DNA from: Podarcis melisellensis
Taxonomy: Eukaryota
Assembly (NCBI GenBank): GCA_964234715.1
Contig: OZ174275.1
Reading direction: 5' to 3' (one strand)
Length of the DNA stretch: 64,000 bases
Shown: positions 22,401-36,200 of the stretch, piece after piece
How the letters are laid out: the number at the start of each line of letters is the position of its first letter
Position numbering within the stretch: the stretch's first letter is position 1
Made by a program: the position numbers and the translations under genes
Notes under the pieces: generated by a model
Databases searched by the model: none
Told to the model about the DNA's origin: nothing
Seen by the model: the letters and a program-made list of their open reading frames with translations, nothing else

Positions 22401-25400
22401 AAGGTTTCTCCCTATCCTCCCACTGCATGCCCCCTGCACCTCTGATATCAGCTCTGAGGTGGTCAGGAGAACCCCTAGAAGAGCAAGCCTGAGTTGACAG
22501 TGTGATCTGTTTAGGGCTACACTGAATTCCTCCCATAATAACCCATGTAAAGTGATCAATCAGTTGGCTAGTACATTACTCAAATCTTTCAAGTTTCAAT
22601 TCCAGTAACCATGAAAGATTAACCATTTCCCCCCAGCATGCCTTCAAGGCCAGAGGTTTCTTGACCAATTGCATTTGGTGAAGTAGCAGTGCAATCCTAG
22701 CCATGTCTACAGAAGTCAGTCCTATTGAATTCCATGGGGCTTACTCAGAATAAATGGTGTTGGGCAGCAGCCTAAACTATTGTTTACAAAAGTCCATGCA
22801 TCAATAGTCTTCATGGTGCCACAGGCATCCGTCTGTCCCTTGCAGGATGTCAAACTCATTTTTATCTCAGTCATCCAGCCCTAAATCCTGGGTTACCAAC
22901 AGTCATATCCTCATGGTTTGACAATTTCCTCCATTTGCCCAATATTGCATTTTTAATGAAAGCTTTTCCAGGGGATCTGCAAATGTCTCCTCTGAGGAAC
23001 CGGATTTTCAGATTTGGCCTCTTCTTTTTGGAACAAAGGAATTTGCCCTACTTTCCTTGAGGGATTGTTACATTTCCCTGGAATTTGGTTTCCGGCAACC
23101 TGAGTGAAGGCATCCTTGATACAGGGCCTCTGAGGGTGGAATTCCCTTCCCCTCCAGATAACATCTACGGCAGCTCTTAGGAGTTTTTGCAGCTTGTGAA
23201 AAACCTTTTTTTCATCTGGACCTTTGGCTGAATTTCTCTCTCTCCTCTGCACCTCAAACTTCATATTTGCCCTTGTGGATTGTTTGATGTGGAATTTCCT
23301 TGTGTAGCATGAGAACAGAGGAAGCTGCTTTATACCAAGTCAGACCACTGCTTCATCTAGTTCCACAATGTCTGCTCTGGCTGGCAGAAACCCTTCAGGA
23401 TTTGGGGCAGGAGCCTTTTCCCAGCTCTCGGACTGAACCAGGGACCTTCTGCTTGCAAGTCAGATCCTCTGCCATTGTGGTCCTTCAGAAGATGGCCCAA
23501 GCAAGGTCATCCATGTCTGAGCAGTCAGTGGCAAATCTTACACAGAAAGCTTGCAGACTACGTTCAGGAGCTCCTCTAGGTCTGTACGTGAGGTGTCCCG
23601 ACATAACGAAGTAATGTGTTTTCAGGCATTCTCCACCCCTCTTTCTTTTCTCCCATCTTAAAAGTGTCACACTGGAAAAAGTAGTTTCTTCAGCAAGCTA
23701 GAATGCATATATAGTGCCTATGTCTGTGCACTCTTGCTTTGCAACGTTTGCCCCTAGTTAACACAAATAAGATACAAATAAGAAAGACATACGTGCGAAG
23801 GGTGGTGGCCTCTGGGAGCTGGAATGTCTTCTTCACAAATTCATAGGCCTTGGCTGAGAACAAATGCAGCGAGACGGCAAAATTGCGGGTGGCAGCTGGG
23901 TAGTTCTCGCACAGGGCTCCCTCACACTGCAAAGTGAGCTGCAGGTCTGCTGAAGTAAAGAGGGTTCCTCAAGCAAGGGATGGACAGTGAGGTGAAGCTA
24001 ATTTGGGGTGATGCTGCAGAGGAAGAGTCTTTAACATTGGCCTCAGCAGTGACTCTGCTGCGTTCAGACTGGGGGCTAGAAGAAGATTCAACATCCTCTA
24101 TTTTCATGGGGAGGGAAACTGAGTCCAAAACCCAGGAGGATTGGGTGACCAAGAAAGCAGAGAAGGGTGTACTTAAAGTTATTAAGGGTTTGGGGAAGTG
24201 GGGGAGATTTGTAGCAATTGCATACCGAGCACAACTGGCCAGTCGGAAATGCTGAGGAGGTAATCAAGTGGGGTAAAGGTAAAGGTACCCCTGCCCGTAC
24301 GGGCCAGTCTTGACAGACTCTGGGGTTGTGCGCCCATCTCACTTAAGAGGCCAGGGGCCAGCGCTGTCCGGAGACACTTCCAGGTCACGTGGCCAGCGTG
24401 ACATCGCTGCTCTGGCGAGCCAGAGCCGCACACGGAAACGCCGTTTACCTTCCCGCTGGTAAGCGGTCCCTATTTATCTACTTGCACCCAGAAGTGCTTT
24501 CGAACTGCTAGGTTGGCAGGCGCTGGGACCGAGCAGCGGGAGCGCACCCCGCCGCAGGGATTCGAACCGCCGACCTTTCGATCGGCAAGTCCTAGGCGCT
24601 GAGGCTTTAACCCACAGCGCCACCTGCATCCCTACAATCAAGTGGGGTAGGGGGGCTGAAACAATGCCAATATATTCCACATCTGGCAACCAATGCACTC
24701 CTTTGGTTTCAGATAGTACATGGGTAGATGAGTCTAAAAAGCCCAGGACACAATTTTGTCATGGCCTTCTAGCAGCTACAGTGGTACATTTACCAGAAGC
24801 AATGTATTTAGTGTTAACTCTGGAAAGGTATACTTGATACTGACCAAACTAAGCCTCCTAAAGCAAAATATACATCCGGAGGCATAGTTTTGTCTTCCAG
24901 AGTTAACACTAAATACATTACTTCTGGTACGTGAGCCACTAAAGGGCTGTGAAAATTACCCCACTCATCTTAACCAAGCCTTGAAGCTGGTTTGTATCAT
25001 GGCTCCCTCCTTGGAACCTTGAATGATTCTGAAACTGCACTGGTCTTATTGTAAAGGTCCTCTGGCATGAAGAAGAGCCCCTTTGGCAAGGCTTACAGTG
25101 CTTACCGCTGAACTGGGAGCGCAGCATGTGTTCCATGTCCTTCTGGAGGAGATGCTGCTCCCGCAGGCTCTCCAGCACACTCCACAGCTCCTGCTGATAA
25201 TAGGAGAGGCGGCGCTGGGCTGCGTCCTGCTCCCGTTCAGTCCCCTGCACTGGGCCGGTGGGGATCAGAGACTTGGTTCTGCTGCCCATAGCTTCACTCA
25301 GGCTATACTGATGCTCCGCTTGGATGAGTTCCACCTACAGGAAGACAAAGAAGACCCGTTGCTTCATCTTTTTAATTCTCTCACCATAACTTCCATGTCC

Positions 25401-28400
25401 TCCTGGCACCCGATGTTTGTCCATGTGGATTTTCCACAAAGGGCTGGATTTGCTTATTCCTGAAAACTAAACTGACTTCACCTTTCTCCTTTGCCTTGAT
25501 TTTCCTTTTAGCCTCTCACCACAGCCAGAGTAAACCCTTCCCAGACTCCCTTCTCCCATCAGAATCACAATAGTTAGTGGATGTGGCCACTCTCCCTCTT
25601 TAAAGCTAACTTAGGATACCGTGATGGAAGTCAGGTTCTGCAGTTTGCTCCAGGAGCAAAGAATGTAAAGTTCTACCTTTGTACAGTAGGCTGGTTTCTA
25701 CTCACACTTACACACCTCTGTCCTCCATCCAGGCCCACAAGAAGCATTATTTGAGGTCAAGGATACATTCCAGCCAGGCACAAACACGCAAGGAGGATGC
25801 AATCTAAGAACAATTAGGGATGTGGCCTTGGAAGAGTGGGTGTGGCCTGGGGAGTGTCCTGAGGACCAGAGAGGGACCTGGAGGGCCACATTTCACCCAT
25901 GGGCCTGAGGTTCCCCATCTCTGCTATAGGCTTTGTCCAAGTCCCAATGGTAATATAAGCTACATGCTACAGCATTTAGTGACACGCAGTTTTGTAATTT
26001 TAGATTCTGGACTGAACAGTCTCCTGGTGGGGAGGAGGGGCTCTTCATATGGTAATTTGGAGCCAGCTCTGCTGTGTTTAGTGTTCTCCTGCTCTTTCTT
26101 CTGTGTGGGGCCCTTGACCTCTGCCCCAAAGTCCTTCCCAACAGCTGCATTGCTGGCATTGGAGAAGGCACCAGCTACCCTCGCTGGTATACCTACTGCT
26201 TTGGCTTGTGCAGGAGATGAGTCAGCTGCTGGAGTAGCTTCGCTGATACTAGCCACTGGCCAACTGATGCCCATGGTTTTGACAGACTTTGATGGATGTT
26301 TCCCTTTTGTTGGTTCCTGTATTGAGAAAGAGTTCAAATGAATTAGACATAGCAATTTGACCAAAAAAAGAAAAAGGCCTGGTTGAAACAGACTGGATAA
26401 GCTAATGCTGTAGTAGAAGGCAAAAGTGAACAAAAAATAATCCCCAACAACATTGCCATGGCATTACTGGAACTAATTAAGCATACTTCAAACATTAGAG
26501 GCTGGATCCAGGTTATGCCTTAGTCCCACACAACTTACTCATGACTATCTTAAGTTTCATCAATTTAACTGGGTGAAAAGTTAACCACTGGGTTGCAATC
26601 CTAGATACACTTATCACAAAGTCCCACTGAAGTCAGTGGGATTTACTTATGTGTAGACATGTGTAGATTGTGGCATTATGTTTGATCCAACCTACTCTCT
26701 ATGTTATTTACTCATTGTCAGGCAAACCCAGATTTATTTCAAATGAAGAAAAAAAGGCATTTCTGAGACCAGAATACAGATGAGGGCTTACGTATTAGAA
26801 TAGCCATCCACTGCAAACCTAATTCACTGCACAATAAAGGTAACATTGTCAGAGACAGTTGTTCTCTTAGCCTCCTCTGTGGTGTGCTGGTTTTCCAGTG
26901 AAGTGTCTGACTTCAAACACAGAATTCCTCACCTGTGCTCTGAAATAGTATAGTCTGAAGGTTAAGACACATCCCTTTTCCTCAACACCAGCTGTCAGGC
27001 ATGGGAAGGGAATGAATTCTGGACTCTCGGAACAGAGACACGCAATTCAGTGCTGCCTACACTGATTTGACAACAACTCTCCATGGTTCCAAGCAGGAGT
27101 CTTTAGCCAGCATAGAATCATAGAGTTGGAAGAGACCACAAGGGCCATCGAGTCCAACCCCCTGCCAAGCAGGAAACACCATCAGAGCACTCCTGACATA
27201 TGGTTGTCAAGCCTCTGCTTAAAGACCTCCAAAGAAGGAGACCACACTCCTTGGCAGCAAATTCCACTGTCAAACAGCTCTTACTGTCAGGAAGTTCTTC
27301 CTAATGTTTAGGTGGAATCTTCTTTCTTGTAGTTTGGATCCATTGCTCCGTGTCCGCTTCTCTGGAGCAGCAGAAAACAACCTTTCTCCCTCCTCTATGT
27401 GACATCCTTTTATATATTTGAACATGGCTATCATATCACCCCTTAACCTCCTCTTCTCCAGGCTAAACATGCCCAGCTCCCTTAGCCGTTCCTCATAAGG
27501 CATCGTTTCCAGGCCTTTGACCATTTTGGTCGCCCTCCTCTGGACACGTTCCAGTTTGTCAGTGTCCTTCTTGAACTGTGGTGCCCAGAACTGGACACAG
27601 TACTCCAGGTGAGGTCTGACCAGAGCAGAATACAGTGGCACTATTACTTCCCTTGATCTAGATGCTATACTCCTATTGATGCAGCCCAGAATTGCATTGG
27701 CTTTTTTAGCTGCCGCGTCACTCTGTTGGCTCATGTCAAGTTTGTGGTCAACCAAGACTCCTAGATCCTTTTCACATGTACTGCTCTCAAGCACTACCTT
27801 GAGATGCCAGACATTGCACCGGGGACCTTCTACATGCAATGCAAATATTCTGCCCCTGCATCACCTTGCTTCCCCATTATTATCAGTGGGATATGGAAGG
27901 AAAACTGGTTTTGGAAGTAAAGCTTTGCAGTCTTTTCAGACAGAGGCCTAATCTCAAGCATGCCAGTTCTTCAGGTGCAGATTATTGTGAACTGTTAGTC
28001 GTATATATCAAACTTCCTAAAACATTTCCGATGCTGTTGGGCTAAAGGGTACACTAGAAAGGACTATAAAAATCTATGCACAATGACAGCTACAGAAAAT
28101 ACACTAAAGACAAAAGAAAAAGAAGAAAATTGCACAGATGAATATGATTCTTAATAAAATGCTTCTTAATCAAAAACTGCTTGGAACATTCCCCCACCCC
28201 ACTGCAGCACACCTAAGCATATTCCCCCCGCCCCCACTTTGACGTAGCAGGAACCATATCCATCTCTGCAGCTGTCCCTTTTTTTGTTTTAGGACTATGG
28301 AAATCCTCTGCTAAGCCCACAAGCCGGTGGCAGAACAGGAAAAGTGCTGGGAGACCTTGACCTTGATCAAAAGCTGCAATGCTAAATGCACTTACACAAA

Positions 28401-28576
28401 GAGGGGCACAACCAATAGGATACAATGACACTTAACCTCTGACTAAATATGGATAGGACTGTTGGAAATGTGTGATAACAAAGTGTATAAGAAAGAAGGG
28501 AAACTCTGCAATGTGTCTTCCTCTGGGAGAGTTATCAGCTGAAGTGTGGGATACAATTTTTCAAAATAAGATAAAT

Positions 28577-28614
<38 letters not shown>

Positions 28615-31600
28615 ATTAAAAAATAAATAACTCAAAAACTACTGCTACTTAAAGTGTCCCTGAATTTGGTGCATTTGCCTGACCACCTTTTTCCTGCTAT
28701 TCCCTGACTCTTCTGTGTCTTGTCCCTCTGTTGAAGTGTGGGCTAATTTTGGCAGGGTGCCAATATATTGACCAATATATTGTACAACACTTAACATACA
28801 TTTAAGCACTTTAATAAATAGATTTCCCCACTGAATATTGCTCCCAGTACAGCAATCACTTCCTTGTTCCTGTCTTCCATTTCTACATACTATATTTCAT
28901 GTCAGGCTATCATCTGGACACCCCTTCTATTGCCAACAAATGGTCTGTCCTAGCAGGTATCTGGATAAAGAAGTTCTTTTGTGGCTCCTTTTTCACTATA
29001 TGACCCTTTGTCCGAGCAGCTGAATCAGAGACTCATAAAATGTGTTGGCACTTCTTCAGCTTTCCAGTTCCTGCTATTACTGAGCAAAAAGCTGATGAAC
29101 CACAGTTCTTCTCTTCCATTCCCTTTATACATACACCCCCAAGGCCCACTACCAATTCCCAAACTCACGTCCTCCCTTACTGCATTATCCTTCCTTCAAC
29201 CCAAGTTTGCAAGTTTAAGTAAATCCTCTCCCTATTCTGAATCCTGCTGTTTTTGGCAATGTGCCTTTTTCATTCCCATATTCCCACTTTCAATTCACGC
29301 TCTTGCACCTATGTTCAGTGGATTACATACTAGGAAATGCGTCTATCTACTCAACTGTCTTCAAAAATAAACACAGTCACCTACAGCTTATTTTTCTTCA
29401 TTTCACGGATGTTCTTAGAAGCCATTGTTTCCTGAGCAGCAGGGGTGGGCGCAAGAGCTGCACTGCCCCATGGAGAACCTTACAAGGGCCATATGCAAGC
29501 CATGGAGGAGGCCAGGGCAAAATTGGGTGGGGCACCGGATGGGACTCTGATCTTAGTACCATAGGCTACACCCTAGTCATGCAAAAGTCATAACAATCTG
29601 TACTCCCTGACACCCACATACACACTTCTTTCCATTCACACAAGCAAAAGGTATCATCACAGACATCTTCCAGCCAGGCAACAGTTCTCAAGGAGGGCAC
29701 AGAACAGTGACAATGAAGGGTGTGGCCTAGTGAGAGCCATGAGGGCCTGAAAGAAAAGCCTAGAGAGCCACATTCACCCTCAAACCTGAGGTTTCCTAAC
29801 ACTGCTGAATGAGAAGGGGAAAGTACCATGGAAAAGTGAGGCTGTATCAAATCTTATTCCTATGCAGAGGAGACCCACTGAAACTAACAGACATGACTAA
29901 CTTGGGTTCATTAATTTTAATGGGCCTACACCAAGCAGAATTTAGTTGGAGTCAACCCTTAGAGGTTGCAGGTTTTAGACTGGACCAGAACTTGAGGTAG
30001 CACATATTTTAGGGACAAAGGAGATCTGGTAGGAGAGCCCTTGAGGTTAGTAAATGAGAACCAAGCTGCAGCTCAGAAATCCCTCAGTATGGCCCAAATT
30101 GCTGAGCAAGGCAGACAATTAAAAAGTCCAGCTAAGCTGCCAAGGTGAGCTGCACTACAGCTTTCCTGACCAGGGAAGAGTCACTAGCAGGAAGCCTTTC
30201 CTGTCCTGTACAAGGAAGACAAACATCCCTAACGCCAGCAATTCTTACATTTCTGCTGCCTTCACAGAAAACCAGGGGATGGGATCGGAAGCATCCACCT
30301 CTGCAGCTCTGTATTGTCAGAGACTAGGAATGCTGACAGAAATTATGAGGGATTTGAGGGACCTGGGTAAGATTTAGGGACGAGAACCAGCCTTCTTGTT
30401 TCTGTACCACAACTCTTTCCCCTCTAGAACAGCATGACTCACACCAAGGAGGACAAGAGTTAAACCTCTGGGAAGTTAGTTTGCTTCTGTGAGTTGTGCA
30501 ATGTCATTTCCCCACCCCTTTGGCTATAAAAAATTCAAATGACTTTCCATTCAAATGAATTTATTTCAACTTTTGGAAAGAGGCAAGGAGGGTGCACTCT
30601 CCCCAGGCGCTCACTTTTTGGACTGAGGTAGCAAATCCAGTTATTACACCAGGGCCTTCTCACAGGATGTTGTGGTTACCTCACTAATCCAAACCAGATG
30701 TTGAGGATCCCAGAGACCATTGCTTTCTTCATGCAGTAACCCAGGCCTCTCCCAGATGTGAGCAAGATATCAAGGCTGAGAGAAACCCGTCAGAAAGTCC
30801 TAACAGTACCAAATAAGACGACTCCATTTAGAAAGCATTTTGCATCTGCCTAGTTCTTTAAGAGGCTTGTGATTGTTCTACAAAGGCATCAAACTAAACT
30901 CAGTTCTCCTTCTGTGAGAAGGATTACAAAACAGGCCACTTTGAAGCTTGAAGCCATGTACAGCCAGGTAGGCTGCATCTGGATAAAATCACTTCTTTTG
31001 GGATGCTTCCCACCTCTGCCCCTGGCCATCTTCTGTGTTTGTCATTTCCTTCTACCTTCTATGACCCAAGATGAAAGCTTTCAATTGCCATAGGTAGCGC
31101 AAGATCTTCTGCCTCAATCCACAAAGGAGATCTACCTAGCCCAGCATCTTGCTTCAAAGAGTAACAAGCCACATGCTGCTAGGGACTTGCTTCAAATCTT
31201 AATGTAACCCAGGATACCCTGCCCTCTTGGACATTTTGTTCCTGCTGTAGCATGACATTTAACAACAGCTGTACATACTGAAACTTTTCGTGGACAGTGC
31301 TTGTATTATTCAGGGACTGAAGACAAGGAGGCAGGGCACTCTCCTGAAACAAACACTTGGCAGTTAAGAGCAGTGTGCCTATGTTGCAGCTTCAGAGGCA
31401 CACAGATACCCATTCTGAAAGAAAACAACAGGAAACACAGGACAGAGAGCCTCAGGGAGCTACGTTTTGGGCAGCCTATGCACTGATGAATACAAGCAGC
31501 AATAAAGGGGGGGGGAAGGCCCCACATTGCAGCCAAATCTGATGTTCCCTCTTGTGGCAAAACCAAAACGTTAATCTGTGCAGAGATTCTTTTAGATTGG

Positions 31601-31837
31601 ATCAGCAATACTTCCAGAAAAACACCTCCCTACACCATGGAAGCATGGAAAAAAGATTAGATATAAAGAGTGAAGGACACACAGTCTTCCCCCCCCCCTT
31701 TTAAACGTCTTAGCAAGGACAGAAAACATGATGTTCTGATGTTGTACAGTACTAAGAAACTCTGCCAAAGCCCACCAATCAGGGACTCTAGGTGATGGTG
31801 CCCACAAATGGAGGGAACCAGCGAACTCTTAATGACT

Positions 31838-31871
<34 letters not shown>

Positions 31872-33228
31872 GAGCAGATGCCCCTTCATCACAACATGAG
31901 AAACCAGCAGTAACTCTGCTGCTGGAAGCCCCAAAACATCCCAATAAGCAGGGGTTCAAGACTCCTTTTGCTGCTCTCAAACACAATTTTGTAGCCAAAA
32001 CATGCAAAGGAAAGGAAGAAGATCCCACCCAACACAGCACTCATGTTGTTCCCATAGCACATAAAGAGCCGATCCCAAGTGGTGCCGGAAAGAGGCAAGT
32101 TGAGGGGCAGTTCAAGGTCCAGGCAAGAAGTGTTCCAGCCTGGTGCTGAGGTCTTTGAGCTGGAGCTACCGGAACCACACCCAGGGGTCCCGCTGAGTTT
32201 CATGAGCTGTTGTCAAAGAAAGACTCCCAAGTCTAGTACTTCCCTTTATGGACAGGTTTCCATTTGCTGTTTAAAACATTGTTGCTCCTACAAGCTCAGG
32301 GTGCACCCAGCCTTAGCTTCTGAGGCCAAACTCTCCCACTGTGCCAACTGCCCCACAGCAGCCTTGTCCAAGAGTCCCAACTTACTCATCTCCCCAGATC
32401 TAGTCAGGTCTGGGGCTTTGCTAAGTACTGGGGGCTCCAGGTCATCCTCAGATGAGGAATTCTCCAGCTAATACATAGCACAGGGGTAGGCAAACTAAGG
32501 CCCGGGGGACGGATGCAGCCCAATCGCCTTCTCAATCCGGCCCACGGACGGTCCGGGAATCAGCGTGTTTTTACATGAGTAGAATGTGTCCTTTTATTTA
32601 AAATGCATCTCTGGGTTATTTGTGGGGCATAGGAATTCGTTCATTCCCCCCCCCCCAAAAAAAATATAGTCCGGCCCCCCACATGGTCTGAGGGACAGTG
32701 GACCGGCCCACGGCTGAAAAAGGTTGCTGACCCCTGACATAGCAGCAGTAGTGGGGGCTCTAAAGCCTGCAAGATTATTTAGGCCCACCAGGCTGCCCCA
32801 TTTGGCCTGTGAAGGCATTTTGGTCAATCCAAGCCCATCTGTCCTACACCAGATGTCATATCAGGACGTCATCAGGTGTCAGGCAAACAAAGACAAAGCT
32901 GGGCCAAAAACGGTCTTGCTTGCAAAGCAGCTGATTGCAGGCACCTACAAAGTACTGTGCCCTTGGTTTGATTTCAAGCTGTGCAGGTCAAAGGAAGATG
33001 GGTCACCTGACATTACGGTGATGTTGGCTGACTGACAGGTGGGCAACCCCATCCACCCATTAAAGTTGGCCCCTGGGTGGTGGGGAACATAAGGACCCTC
33101 AAATCTTCTGACCAGCCAATTCCCCACTCCAGAATAGGGCATGGAGCTGAGAAGCAACCCATGCCCACTCAGCTAGTGTAACTGTAGTATTAAATTACAA
33201 TGAAATTCTCTCCCACTGAATAATATTA

Positions 33229-33278
<50 letters not shown>

Positions 33279-36200
33279 TTAAACCACAGACATCCAACTG
33301 GCTTGCCCCAGACACTCTGGGCATCTTTCAACATAATATAAAAACACAGTGAGACATCAAACATTAAAAACTTCCCGATACAGGGCTGTATTTGGAAAGT
33401 TGTGTAATTGTTCATTCTTTGACATCTGATGTGGGGGCATTCAACAGGGCGAGTGCCACTACTGAGAAGGCTCTCTGCCTGGTTCCGTGTAACTTCACTT
33501 CTCACAATGAGGGAACCACCAGAAGGCCCTCAGAACTGGACCTCAGAGCTGAATGATGGGGGCGAAGCTGCTCTTTTAGGTATACAGAGCCGAGGCCATG
33601 AAATCAGTGAGACCTGAAATTTCTTAAACTTGAATAGATTCTGCCTGAACTTGCAAGCAGAAATGGAAACACTGCAACCAGGGTGTGGCGCAAACTCAGT
33701 GAAACGTTACACAAAGTGGCCATTGTCTGCCGAGCAATCATGTGTGGGTTTGCATATTGCAGGGTTCCCCACAAAGCACTCCAGTGTTAAAAAAACAAAA
33801 CCCCAACCCTCTAGATGTCCGTCCCCCCGTTATGTGAACCTAATAAGCAACCTGGAGGAAACTAAAATCTGGATCAAGTAGAGGAACTCTAAAAAAGAAA
33901 TAGAAACATAGAGATACCCTGAAATACACATAAATTGGTCAGTCAACATGTTTTGAATTAATGCTCAAGGTGGTATAGAAAAGTTGAATACAATGGAAAT
34001 AATAGCTAAATATAACCTCCATTCTTCCTGTGTGCCAATATAATGTTACTGTTAAAACCTTCCTACCCTACAGCAATGAAATATGGAGTGACACTGTGAC
34101 ATAAAGAGGAAATGGGTGGGGGGAGATGACATTTTATTACAGTGGTACCTTGGGTTACATACGCTTCAGGTTACATACACTTCAGGTTACACACTCCGCT
34201 AACCCAGAAATAGTGCTTCAGGTTAAGAACTTTGCTTCAGGGTAAGAACAGAAATCGGGCTCTGGCGGCGCAGCGGCGGCAGGAGGCCCCATTAGCTAAA
34301 GTGGTGTTTCAAGTTAAGAACAGTTCCAGGTTAAGAACGGACTTCCAGAACGAATTAAGTACTTAAACTGAGGTACCACTGTACAAGCAAATCTTCCAGA
34401 AGCATAGAAATGAACAGCGCAATTAGATAATGTGCAGGGGTGGGGGAAGTGTATTTACAGAACAATCCTATTCTCGTGCTATGACAAAGAGGCAGTAGAT
34501 AAGTCACCACTTTGTTGGCTGAATAGCTGCCACACCCAATGCAAGCTCAACCTGAAACAGTGTGGTGTGGAACACACAGCACAGAAACGCCAAAAGCAGT
34601 ATAAACACAACAGACACAAACTCACTGCCCCTAGAAACATCCAAAAGCCCACCAGTTAAGGACTATGCCTGGAATGAGAGCCAGTGTGGCGTAGTAGGGA
34701 GAGTATTGGACTAGGACCTGGAAGAACGGAGTTCAAATCCCCACTCGGATATGAACTGCACTGGGTGACTTTGCGCTAGTCACAATCTCTCAGCCTCACC
34801 TACTGTACAGGTGTGTTGCAACAGTGAAATGGAGATGGGGACAACCATGTATACTACCTTGAACTCCTGGAGGAAAGGCAGGATATAAATGTAATAGTGA
34901 AGGATGCCCACCAATGGGGCATTTGCCTCCCACTCACCCCTCCAAGCCCCAACATCCAATTATAGGTGCTAGGAGCACAAGGGTTGCAGGAGAAGCCCTG
35001 GTTTGTTAGAAAAGTGCAGCAGGGCTTCTCCTAAACCCTGCAGCCCCTCAACCAGCAGAGAGCAGGCCTTTTCTGTAGTAGTTCCTCATCTGTGGAATGC
35101 TCTCCCCAGAAAGGCTCACCTGCCACCATCATTACATGTCTTTAGGCGCCAAGGAAAAACATTCCTCTTTACCCAGGCCTTCAGCCATTAAATAATCTAC
35201 GACTTGTTAAATGTGTTTTTTGGCAGGGACTGTTATTGTGAATATTTTATTAGCATGCATCTATAATTATGCTCTGCATTATGCTTTTTATTATTATGCT
35301 CCGTGAAATATGTTCTTGATGTTGTACACCACCCTGGGATCTTCTGATAAAGGGTGGTATATAAACTGAATAAATAATAATAACAATAATAATCTTCACT
35401 GTAGGATTGTGCCCTTAAGTTTCTGGTATCTTCTTACTCCAAGCACCTGACATGTCCTCCACCACACAGCATATATTGTATAATAATATTACGGCTCCCT
35501 CCAGTGGATCATGCTGTTGATGCACTGGGAGAGGGAATCAAACACTTCTCCAAACTTTGAGGCTACTTGTTGCTGGGAACAGAGCAAGGGCAACAACATG
35601 AATTGGTGTGAGATAATCTTCAAGTGTACCAACATAGTGTCAGCAGCACTTTTTTTTATTATGACTGCTTGCAGTCTTGTCTGCCTTGGTAAAAGGAACA
35701 GTTTTTACCCCGTGAAATAAGGCAGCATGGCTTGGATCATGAGCAAGAACATCAACACACACGAGAAGAAGAGTAGCAATTGCTGACAAAAACACATGAC
35801 CAGCATGTCAAAGTTTAGAGCCCTGCTGGATCATATCAAAGGGCTGTTTAGACCAGTAGTGGCACACCTTTTTTCAGACCAGGCTACCTATTTCCTTTTG
35901 AGCACCACATGTCAGTGGTGGGTGAGGCAGCAGCAAAAGAAGGCAGAGTAATGAATGCAAATTTAACCTTTCTATACACACACATACTCATACACCTCTC
36001 TTTATCTTCTATCCAGACAAGCCAGTGGCGTAGCGTGGGGGGTGCAGGGGGGGGCCGGCCGCACCGGGTGCAACATCTGGGGGTTAGGGTTAGGGGGCGC
36101 AAATCCACGGGTTAGGGGGCGCAAATCCACGGGTTAGGGGGTGCAAATTACTTGCCTTGCCCCGGGTGCTGACAACCCACGCTACGCCACTGAGACAAGC

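Noticed and set aside
22953-24152. Minus-strand ORFs 22953-23264 and 23922-24152 as extra THAP9-like exons
   Set aside because: Not needed for frame continuity, no family similarity, and no clear acceptor/donor pair.
24560-24632. tRNA-like sequence
   Set aside because: It is the tRNA-derived head of the Sauria SINE, not a tRNA gene.
28800-33150. Protein-like minus-strand patches in THAP9-like intron 2 (e.g. [16 protein letters not shown] near 32300-32470)
   Set aside because: Frames I translated hit frequent stops, even after removing the MITE at 32481, and no convincing splice pair was found. A decayed exon cannot be excluded without alignment.
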